Assembly: GCA_963765575.1 (NCBI GenBank)
Contig: CAVXWZ010000001.1
Span: 365,784 to 429,783 of the forward strand
DNA from: an uncultured cyanobacterium
GTDB taxonomy: Bacteria; Cyanobacteriota; Cyanobacteriia; PCC-6307; Cyanobiaceae
Reading direction: 5' to 3'
DNA: 64,000 nt
Shown here in pieces: positions 42,381-50,814 of the stretch. The translations under genes were made by a program, and so were the position numbers. Under the pieces are notes generated by a model, which was not told where the DNA came from, searched no databases, and saw nothing but the letters and a program-made list of their open reading frames with translations. Position 1 is the first letter of the stretch. Each line of letters begins with the position of its first letter.

Positions 42381-42795
42381 TCACTCGCAGCGGCCCCGTG
42401 CCCTTGTGAGCACCCGGTACTTCACCGAACCGCTGATCGGGCTGCGGTGGCGGGAGCGATGGGCAAACACCTCCTCACCCCGTTGCTCGCGGAACCCGTC
42501 CAGCCGCTGGCGGCACAGCTGCAGCAGCGCGTCGCGCTCGCTGTCGCTCAGCTCCTCCGCGCCGATCAGGCTGGTAGAGCCCATCGCCATAGCGGGTGAT
42601 GCCGTTGCCGGTGAGCACGCGGCCCACCATCCGTTTCCCAGGATCCGCCGGGCGATGTCCTGCGCCGGGGCCTGGGCTGCGGCCGGCCCAGCAGTTCCAG
42701 GAGCATCAGCGGTTGGTCGATGTGGCTCATGCGCATCCGCTTGGCGATGTACTGCCGGAGGCGCTTGTAGGTGGGGGAGGGGTGCGGGGGCATGG
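42381..42795 (-). repeat. Array repeat copy B (longest; runs to ...KYRVLTRARGRCE, the start of an HNH-like domain)
   Basis: Direct alignment with copies A and F. Confidence 0.9.
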
Positions 42796-43004
42796 AGCGA
42801 TGGTGGCGGCTGCCGGGCGCCTGGGCCAGGTTTGGTTTCGGGCGGCCCGTCAGGCGAACCCCCTGCTGGGATCCCTTCTGGTGCGGGCGTCGTGGCGGCT
42901 GCAGCCAACCCGGCTCCAGCTGTGGCTGTGCCGCCCCATCCCTCTGCCCAGACAGAGACAGCATCCCTGCCCCCACTGCCAGACTGGTGCCGCTGGAGGG
43001 CGTC

Positions 43005-43215
43005 ATGCAGGAAATCCTTTTCGTGGTCGAGGAAGCGGAGGATGGCTCCTTCCGGGCCAGCGCAGCTGCCGCCGCGATCCACACCGAGGCCGACACCCTT
43101 GAGGAGCTCCACCGGGAGATCCGCGACGCCGTCGTCTGCCACTGTCGATCCCGGCAAGGCGTTGCCGACTCCGTGATCTCGCACATCCATCCGATGAGGC
43201 AGATGAACTGTCATG
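43005..43215 (+). CDS. HicB-like antitoxin (degraded 3' end)
   Basis: MQEILFVVEEAEDGSFRA...IHTEADTLEELHREIRDAVVCH. Confidence 0.7.
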
Positions 43216-43420
43216 GCCCTGTGGATTTCACGGACGTCAACGGCCAGTCTTGGCCGACTATTGTCAGGAGCTAGTGGTGACTCGCAGACATCCAGTCACA
43301 TGCGGTTGACCCAGATATCGCACGAAGTCGCATTCAGATTCCGCCGACAGCCTCTGAGGCGTTGTCACCTTGCGGCAATCATTAAGGATTGAGCCGGCCA
43401 GTGGGCTGTCGCTCGGAGCT
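43213..43420 (+). pseudogene. HicA-like toxin (many indels)
   Basis: Fragments across frames: DVNGQSL, VVTR, SHMRLT, QIP..PL...LAAIIKD. Confidence 0.5.
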
Positions 43421-43486
43421 GCAGCCTGGTACTTTGAGGCCCCCGGGCGGCTAATCCCCTATGGCCGCTCCAGAGTCATGCGGATT

Positions 43487-43604
43487 TGATGATGGGGCTT
43501 CCATGCCGCATGCGCCGGCGATCTGCCGGAGGCGCTCGTAAGTGGGGGAGGGGTGCGGGGGGCATGGGGGCATCCTGGCTGGGGTGTGACGGGGGTGGCA
43601 CTGA
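43487..43604 (-). repeat. Array repeat copy C
   Basis: CCGGAGGCGCTCGTAAGTGGGGGAGGGG...GGCATCCTGGCTGGGGTGTGACGGGGGTGGCACTGA. Confidence 0.88.
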
Positions 43605-43698
43605 CCAGGGAGAAGCTTTGGCGTCCTGTCATGCCCTTCCCCGGACCCTGCTCCACGCCAGGAAGCGTGCCTGCGATGGATTCCTTGCCTGGGGTGTG

Positions 43699-43792
43699 AT
43701 GGCGTTTGCGCCGATGTCCGACCCGCTCCAACTCCACCAGAGCGAGCGGCTGGCCCTGGCGATCGCCCTGGGGGGGACAGCCTCGATGACCA
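43699..43792 (+). pseudogene. Truncated copy of the addiction-module antitoxin
   Basis: About 43590-43792 aligns with about 41640-41840, including the upstream region. Confidence 0.8.
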
Positions 43793-43862
43793 TGCCCCCG
43801 GTATCCAGGATGGTGGAAATGCCTTGGCCTGGTGCCAGAATGAATGTCGCGTCGATGTCCTG

Positions 43863-44039
43863 ATGCCCAAGACCGACCCAGAGCTTCAGCGGCTGCGTCA
43901 GCAGGCCAGTTCACTGTCGCTGGGTTCGCGCATCATCCGTGCGGTGGCCAGTTCCACGGCCATCGAAACGGGTCAGTCGGTTGCTGAAATCGAACGTGAA
44001 CTCAGGAATCGACAATCCTCCCAGTCAACACCTGCCTGA
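43863..44039 (+). CDS. Putative Fic antitoxin (58 aa)
   Basis: AVASSTAIETGQ resembles the (S/T)xxxE(G/N) inhibitory helix; convergent with fic. Confidence 0.6.
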   Translation: MPKTDPELQRLRQQASSLSLGSRIIRAVASSTAIETGQSVAEIERELRNRQSSQSTPA

Positions 44040-44632
44040 ACAGATCCTCCATTGGGGTGACATTCAGCACGGCCCCCGCCCGGATCGCGGCGAAGTACAG
44101 GTCCCGCTGACGATCCCATTCTGAATAGTCGAGCGGACCAATCCCCGCTTGGCACGCCATCACATCAGCCAGCAGTCGGGCGATTCGACCATTGCCTTCG
44201 CGGAACGGATGGATGAGCACGAATTCAACATGCACCTCAGCAAGTCCCCTGATCAGTGCACCCATCGAGTCTGGGTTGAACGGAGTCAGCCGACACCAGA
44301 TACTCCGATTCGAATGACTTGAGCAGATCTGGCAAAAGATGAGCACTCGCGAAAGCAAAGCCTTGTTTGCTCAGATTGAACGTCCGAACCTTTCCTGCCC
44401 AGGAATAGACAGACCCCAGCCATTGCCGATGCCAGCCGATCAAATCTGAAATCCTCAGGCGGTTGGTTGGAGCCCCATTCCCGATGATCGTCTGATAGAG
44501 ATCGAGAAGCAGGTCCCGCTCCACGCCCTCCATCACCGCCGGATCCTTGATGCCCAGGCGATTGCTCAGAACCAGATCATTCGATCCTGGCTCACACTCC
44601 GCGGCAGAGCCGACGACCCTGTAGCGACTCAT
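44002..44632 (-). CDS. Fic-domain protein (frameshift near 44290)
   Basis: HPFREGNGRIAR canonical Fic motif; VLSNRLGIKD, YSWAGKVR. Confidence 0.9.
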
Positions 44633-44640
44633 CGGTTCTC

Positions 44641-44826
44641 TCCCAGGATCTGCTGAAGCTCACTGGCCCCGCAGCGCTCACAGCGGCTGGCAGTTCCATG
44701 AGCATCAGCTCGATTGGTCTCATGCGCATCCGCTCGGCGATGGTCTGCCGGAGGCGCTCGTAGGTGGGGGAACGGGCCGGGGGCATGGGGGCATCCTGGC
44801 TGGGGTGTGACGGGGGTGGCACTGAT
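44641..44826 (-). repeat. Array repeat copy D
   Basis: Encodes MPPARSPTYERLRQTIAERMRM and carries the full upstream motif. Confidence 0.88.
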
Positions 44827-44976
44827 GGAGGAGGAGCGATGGCCCCCCTTCCTCCATTGCCCCCACCCACCCGATGGGACCGACGCCATGGCCTCCCTGC
44901 TGATCCGGCCCAAGGGCACGGAGGTAGACACTGTCTACCCATGAAGCTAGGCTGCAAGGAGGTTTGCGGCACGGCC

Positions 44977-45250
44977 GTGGCTGCCACTCCTCGCCTCAGC
45001 TGGAACCTGCGGGTCTCGCCCGACGATCAGGCCCTGATCGATCGCGCCGTCCGTGCCTCCGGGCTCACCCGAACCGACTTCGTTCTGCAGGCGGCCCGCA
45101 CCGCCGCCCGTGAGCTGCTGGTCCAGCAGAGCTGGCAGTCCGTGTCGTCCGAACAGTTCGACCAGCTTCTCCGCCTGCTGGATGCTCCCCCAAGCCCCAC
45201 GTGACCGCCTGCAACGCACCATGACCGCGCCGAGGCCCTGGCAACGCTGA
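44977..45250 (+). CDS. DUF1778 (TacA/AtaR-like) antitoxin (one indel)
   Basis: NLRVSPDDQALIDRAVRASGLTRTDFVLQAA...LLDAP...PW. Confidence 0.85.
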
Positions 45251-45750
45251 TGGAGCTGCTGGCGCCGCAGCCCCTGGCCAGCCACCACAGCACAGTGGGC
45301 TTCGACTGCGGCGACACCAGCCTGGATCACTGGCTCCGGCAGCGTGCCCTGCCGAATCAGCAGAGCGGTGCGACACGCACGTTTGTGGTCTGCGATGGCG
45401 ACGGCACCGTCAAGGCCTATGTGGCTCTGGCCTCCGGTGCCGTGGCGGTGGCCTCAGCACCCGGGAGCTTTCGTCGCAACATGCCCGATCCCATTCCGGT
45501 TGTGCTGCTGGCACGGCTGGCGGTCTGCCGCAGTGTGCAAGGTCGCGGCATCGCGCGTGCCCTGCTTGCCGATGCGTTCGAGCGGGTCCTTCAGGCCAGC
45601 GAACGGATCGGCGTTCGCGGCATCGTGGTCCACGCTGCTTCCGCGGACGCCCGCAACTTCTATCTGCACATGGGTTTCGATCCCTCACCCATCGATCCCG
45701 ACACCCTCCTGATCCGTCTCTCGGATGTGGCGGCAACCCTGGGGTTGTGA
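45250..45750 (+). CDS. GNAT toxin (TacT/AtaT-like)
   Basis: FDCGDTSLDHWL, RRNMPDPIPVVLLARLAV, VHA...FY...GF; TGATG coupling. Confidence 0.92.
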   Translation: MELLAPQPLASHHSTVGFDCGDTSLDHWLRQRALPNQQSGATRTFVVCDGDGTVKAYVALASGAVAVASAPGSFRRNMPDPIPVVLLARLAVCRSVQGRGIARALLADAFERVLQASERIGVRGIVVHAASADARNFYLHMGFDPSPIDPDTLLIRLSDVAATLGL

Positions 45751-45784
45751 GCGGCCCTGGATGGAGGCTTCGTAGCCGTAACCC

Positions 45785-46020
45785 CCTCGCCGCTGATCAG
45801 CGAGGTTCCGCTGTTCCTGTTCCGGGTGATGACCTGCGCCGGGGCCGGGCTGGTTGTTGCCTGGCAGATCCGTGGCCCAGCAGTTCCATGAGCATCAGCG
45901 ATTGATCGATGGGGCTCATGCGCATCCGCTCTGCGATGGACTGCCGGAGGCGTTCGTAGGTGGGGGAGGGGTGTGGGGGCATGGGGGAATCCTGGCGGGG
46001 TGAGACGGGGGTGGAACTGA
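45785..46020 (-). repeat. Array repeat copy E
   Basis: Encodes MPPHPSPTYERLRQSIAERMRMSPIDQSLMLMELLG; variant upstream motif. Confidence 0.88.
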
Positions 46021-46135
46021 CAAAGGAGAAGCCTCGCTGCCGTGGCGCTCACGCGCTCTCCTTCACCCCACAAGGGCCTGGCGCCCAGAGCCCATCAGCG
46101 GGTCAGCCCCGTGGGCACGTAGCACGCGCGCTAAC

Positions 46136-46420
46136 ATGGAAGGGTCGTTTCGGCTTGAGTACTACAACGCTCGTGTTCGCGAGGACATCGAGGACTAGGC
46201 CTCCTGCGATCTCCTGAAAGCGCGATGCATCACTCTCGGCGGCGGCCTGTTCGAACTCAGGCCCAGAGGCCGTTCCGGCATCGGCCGGGCCTTCTACTGC
46301 TTCTGCGGTGGCCGGGTGATCACCGTGCTCCATGCCTTCGTGAAGAAGACCCAGAAAACAGCCAGGCGTGAGCTCCTCATCGCTCGCGAACGCCTCAGGA
46401 ACGTCAAACGCTATGCCTGA
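46136..46420 (+). pseudogene. RelE/HigB (Gp49-like) toxin, disrupted
   Basis: GGGLFELRPRGRSGIGRAFYCF...VLHAFVKKTQKT; N-terminal half has a stop and a deletion. Confidence 0.75.
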
Positions 46421-46748
46421 CATCCCCTATCAACCGGTCATCCGCGATCGCGGTGCCGAACGCGCCCGGCTCGATCAGGTGCCGGGCTACAGCGAAGCGC
46501 GGCAGGAGGCCGCCGTGGAATTCCGTCTGCTCCGGCAGCTCCTGGAGGCACGCCAGCGGGCCGGTCTCACCCAGGAGGAGGTCGCCGTGCGGATGGGCAC
46601 CACGCGCAGCGCCATCAGTCGGCTCGAGGGATCCCGCAAGCACATACCCGCACTGTCCACTCTCCGCCGCTACGCCGATGTGCTCGGCTGCGATGTGGAA
46701 ATCCAGCTGGTGCCTCGAACCCCTGATGAAGCTTCACCGCCTTGGTGA
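46413..46748 (+). CDS. XRE-family HTH antitoxin
   Basis: ARQRAGLTQEEVAVRMGTTRSAISRLE...STLRRYA. Confidence 0.88.
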   Translation: MPDIPYQPVIRDRGAERARLDQVPGYSEARQEAAVEFRLLRQLLEARQRAGLTQEEVAVRMGTTRSAISRLEGSRKHIPALSTLRRYADVLGCDVEIQLVPRTPDEASPPW

Positions 46749-46761
46749 GCGGCGGTGGAGG

Positions 46762-47095
46762 GCATCGAGGCGCTGGCGGCACAGCTGCAGCAGCACGTCG
46801 CGCCCCTCGCCGTAGCGGGTGATGCCGTTGCCGGTGAGCACGCGGCCCACCATCCGTTTCCCAGGATCCGCCGGGCGATGTCCTGCGCCGGGGCCGGGCT
46901 GGCTCCTGCCCCAGCAGTTCCAACCGCTGCGCGGAAGCCTTCGGCTACAGCATCAGCGGTTGATCGATGGGGCTCATGCGCATGTGCTCGGCGATGTAGG
47001 CGCGGAGGCGCTCCGGGGGAGGGAGGCAGAAGCATCGGGGCATCCTGGCTGGGGTGTGACGGGGAGGGCACTTGTAGGCAGAAGCCTTGCTGCCG
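46762..47095 (-). repeat. Array repeat copy F
   Basis: Aligns with copies A and B and carries the upstream motif CATCCTGGCTGGGGTGTGACGGGG. Confidence 0.88.
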
Positions 47096-47170
47096 TCTCC
47101 TCGATCCATCCCATCGCGTCCTCCGTCGTGGAGCGTGCCTACCCTGTGTTCTCAGCCGTCCGCCGTGGCG

Positions 47171-47389
47171 ATGACACCCCTGTCTGACCTCCTTCAGCTG
47201 CCCCAGAGCGAGCGCCTGGCCCTGGCGATCGCCCTCTGGGACAGCGTGGATGACGAGGCCCGCGATGGGGCGCTGCCGCTCGATCCCGACCTCTGCGCTG
47301 AGCTGGATCGGAGCTGGACGGCCCATCTCAGCAACCCTGACGCAGCTCTGGGCTGGGATGAGGTGCGCAGCCAGCTCGGCATCGAATGA
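47171..47389 (+). CDS. Addiction-module antitoxin (paralog of 41748-41972)
   Basis: LSDLLQLPQSERLALAIALWDSVDD. Confidence 0.85.
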   Translation: MTPLSDLLQLPQSERLALAIALWDSVDDEARDGALPLDPDLCAELDRSWTAHLSNPDAALGWDEVRSQLGIE

Positions 47390-47560
47390 CGCTCCCTGCA
47401 GTGCGCTTCCTGCCTGAGGCGCTGGAGGAGCTCCTGGAAACCCAGCACTGGTACGGAACGCGTGAGCCGGCGTTGGCCAACGACTTTGCCCAAACCGTTG
47501 CTGCTGCGGTGGAGCGCATTCGCCACAGTCCCCAATCCTTCCCCTTGATTCACGGCCGTT
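47386..47560 (+). pseudogene. Truncated RelE/ParE toxin (paralog of 41975-42265)
   Basis: VRFLPEA...WYGTREPALA...SFPLIHG, after which similarity stops. Confidence 0.8.
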
Positions 47561-47589
47561 CCTCTTGCCTGAACGGGGACGTGCCCGGA

Positions 47590-47921
47590 ATTGGTCGCGC
47601 TTCCTCCTGAACATGCGGGGGTGCTGCTCGAAGATCCTCAGGTACAGCCAGGGGCTCACCAAACAGCACTCACGTACTGACGAGATGATGGTTGACGCCG
47701 ACCTGCGCAATCTGGAGGTGCTGGGTGAAGCGGCGAAACAGAATCCGCCGGCGCGGTTCGTGAGCGCCCCCCCAGGTGCCCTGGCGACGCATGTCTGGCC
47801 GCCGCGATGCTGGGTACATGCCTACTTCGGCCTGGAAGAAGACACCATCTCGCAGATTGTTTGCAAGAGCATTCCAGCCCTGACTGACCAGTTGGACCAA
47901 GTGGTTGAGGCTGAGCTCTGA
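47590..47921 (+). pseudogene. DUF86/HepT-like ribonuclease remnant without its MNT partner
   Basis: DADLRNLEVLGEAAK...VHAYFGL...IPAL. Confidence 0.7.
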
Positions 47922-48262
47922 TGGCGGCTGGTGCGCTGAGCGCGTTGTGAAGAGCACTGAACGCGCCAGTTTGTTCTCAAAACGCTCAGGAGGCCATCAC
48001 CTCGACATGGCAGCGCAGGCAGGGTGCCCGGGCAGCACGGCTGTCGTCAGTGGCAGTCGGGCGCGGTTGGCCAGCCTTTCGACCCGCGCGTCAAAGCTGT
48101 TGTGTTGCCGAGGTGGTGCCGCCAGGCCCATGGCTTCTCAGCGAGAAGGCTGCTCCAGCTCAGAAGCCTTCGGCTTGAGGATCGTCTTCAGACCCTGCTG
48201 CGCTACCAACACCCAGCCGACCGCCTGAGACAATCCAACCTCGCCGACCCCCAGGGAAAGAC

Positions 48263-48787
48263 ATGACCGTTCTGGGGAGAGAGGCGATCCTGCAGGCGAT
48301 CCAGCAGGGCTCCATCACGGTCACCCCGTTCGATCCCGAGCGGCTGGGTCCCGCCTCGCTCGACCTCACCCTCGCCCCCACCTTTCGCGTGTTCCGCAAG
48401 GTGCACGAGGTGATCGAAGTGCGTGAGCACACCGATTACAGGCAGCTCACCGAGAAGATCGAGGTGCCCGAGGGCCAGCACATCCTGATCATGCCGGGCG
48501 AAACGGTGCTCGGCATCACCCAGGAGCGGCTGCGCCTGGGCCCCGGGCTGTGCGGCTGGCTGGAGGGTCGCAGCCGTTTCGCGCGGCTGGGCCTGATGGT
48601 GCACATCAGCGCCCCCTTCATGGGGCCGGGGATCGACAGTCAGCAGGTGCTGGAGATGAGCAATTTCGGCCCCGCTCCCCTGGCTGTGCATCCCGGCACC
48701 GCGATCTGCCAGTTCGTGTTCCAGAAGCTGCAGGGCAGCGAGAGCTACGCCGGACTCTTCGCTGGCCAGACGGAAGACTCCTTTTGA
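48263..48787 (+). CDS. dcd: dCTP deaminase
   Basis: PASLDLTL, LEGRSRFARLGL, LEMSN, ICQ. Confidence 0.9.
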   Translation: MTVLGREAILQAIQQGSITVTPFDPERLGPASLDLTLAPTFRVFRKVHEVIEVREHTDYRQLTEKIEVPEGQHILIMPGETVLGITQERLRLGPGLCGWLEGRSRFARLGLMVHISAPFMGPGIDSQQVLEMSNFGPAPLAVHPGTAICQFVFQKLQGSESYAGLFAGQTEDSF

Positions 48788-48836
48788 GCGTCGGTGCTTT
48801 CACGCGTTTCCCTTGGTTGCTCCAGGTCCGCTGAGA

Positions 48837-49121
48837 TCAGAAAATCCCCAGGGTTTTCTTCTTGCAGTAGCCCGCCCCAATGTTCATCCAGCCCGAGTCA
48901 CAGGGCTTTCCGTCGGTGGGCTTCACCTCGTAATAGATGGGTGAATTGCAATGCTGCTTCAGGTCATTCACATACCCAAGCGGACACTGGTCATAACCCG
49001 GCAGTTTGGGAATCCGCTTCTGAGCCAGTGCTGGCCCAGGCGTCAGCAGCGGAAGGGCCAGAGGCGGCAGGGTCAGAGCACAGTGGCCAGACCAGGGGTA
49101 GCGTCTGCACTGGGGGAGCAA
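48837..49121 (-). CDS. Small secreted Cys-rich hypothetical protein
   Basis: CPLGY...C...PCDSGWMNIGAGYC. Confidence 0.6.
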   Translation of the reverse strand: MLPQCRRYPWSGHCALTLPPLALPLLTPGPALAQKRIPKLPGYDQCPLGYVNDLKQHCNSPIYYEVKPTDGKPCDSGWMNIGAGYCKKKTLGIF

Positions 49122-49235
49122 GCAACTGATCAGACCCTAGGAGTTTGTCGCGGGTCGTGCCACGTGCCGGAGCCGATCCCACCACGACGACGCCGGAGGG
49201 GGGCGAGCAGCTCGGGGCCAGCTGCGGTGAGCAGA

Positions 49236-50770
49236 ATGGCGACCATGCAGAGCAGACAACCGCCAACCACGCCCTGCCACCGATCGCCGGCTCTGAAGCG
49301 GAGATCCTTGCGCTTGTTCACGGATACCGGTCCGGTGTCTGCTGCCGCACACCAATCTCAACCTGGAGCAGATCCGCTCAGGCTTTGCCTGCGCGCTCCA
49401 CATGCACCAGCCCACGATTCCAGCCGGGGCGGAGGGGGAACTCATTTCCCATCTTCAATACATGCTGGAGCATCCAGGGAGGGCGACAACCACAACGCCG
49501 AACCCTTTGCCGATTGCTATAAGCGCCTCGGCGTCATCATCCCCCAGCTGATTGAAGAGGGCTGCAACCCCCGGATCATGCTGGATTATTCGGGCAATCT
49601 GCTCTGGGGCTTTGAGCAGATGGGCCGCCACGACATTCTCGATGCCCTCCAGACGGCTCGCCTGCGATCCCAGCCTCCAACCCCATGTGGAATGGCTCGG
49701 CACCTTCTGGGGCCATGCGGTGGCGCCCTCCACCCCCATCCCCGACCTGAAGCTGCACATCCTGGCCTGGCAGCATCAGTTCGCGGCCCTGTTCGGAAGG
49801 GAGGCCCTGCAACGGGTGAAGGGATTTTCACCGCCGGAGATGCACCTGCCCAACCACCCCGACACCCTCTATGCCTTGGTGAAGGCCCTCAGGGAGTGTG
49901 GCTACCGCTGGCTGCTGGTGCAGGAACACAGCGTGGAAAACCTCGATGGCTCCAGCCTGCGCCAGGAGCAGAAATATCTCCCCAATAAGCTCGTGGCGCG
50001 CAGCTCCAGCGGCGAAACGGCCACGATCACGGCGCTGATCAAAACCCAGGGCTCCGACACCAAGCTGGTGGGCCAGATGCAGCCCTGTTACGAAGCCCTG
50101 GGGCTCGGCAGGCAAGTCGCTGGGAGCCACCACGGTGCCTTCGCTCGTTTCCCAGATTGCCGACGGGGAAAATGGTGGCGTGATGATGAATGAGTTCCCG
50201 CCGGCCTATCAGCCAGGCCCATCACAAGATCGCCTCCCAGGGCAGTGATCCCGGCACGGTGGCGATCAACGGCACGGAATATCTGGAGTTGCTGGAAGCC
50301 GCCGGGGTGCAGCCAGCGGATTTCCCGCAGATTCAGGCGGTGCACCAGCACAAACTCTGGGACCGGCTCGGCAGCCCCCGAGTCACCCGAGCCACCCAGA
50401 AGCCACCGAGGCGGCCATCGCCGAGCTGCAGGCCAGCGATCCCTCCTTCTCCATGGCCGGCGCCTCCTGGACCAACGACCTCAGCTGGGTGGAGGGCTAC
50501 GCCAACGTGCTGGAGCCGATGAACAGCCTCAGTGCCCGGTTTCACCAGGTGTTCGACCCCCTGGTGGCCGAGGACCCCGGGGTGACCCAGACCCCGCCCT
50601 ATCAGCAGGCCCTGCTCCACCTGCTGCTGCTGGAAACCAGTTGCTTCCGCTACTGGGGACAGGGCACCTGGACCGAGTACGCCCGCGAGATCCACCGGCG
50701 CGGCGAAGCCGCGATCGCAGCCGTGCCCGGCACTGGCTTGTCCAGGGCCATGGAGCCGGGCGCGTCCTGA
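49236..50770 (+). CDS. Glycoside hydrolase family 57 protein (multiple frameshifts)
   Basis: ALHMHQP, LDYSG, GFSPPEMH, DGENGG, ETSCFRYWG across frames. Confidence 0.82.
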
Positions 50771-50814
50771 CCGCTGAAGGCAGGATGGGGGCGTTGTCTC
50801 TGCGTGTCGGCTTG

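Noticed and set aside
44888..44944. MASLLIR... as a FitA-like antitoxin
   Set aside because: Only about 7 residues resemble the family; too short to support, though it may be a scar of a lost cassette.
40513..47095. The repeats as a CRISPR array or classical attC sites
   Set aside because: They are up to about 400 bp, ORF-derived and non-palindromic, with gene-sized intervals. No cas or intI gene is in the window.
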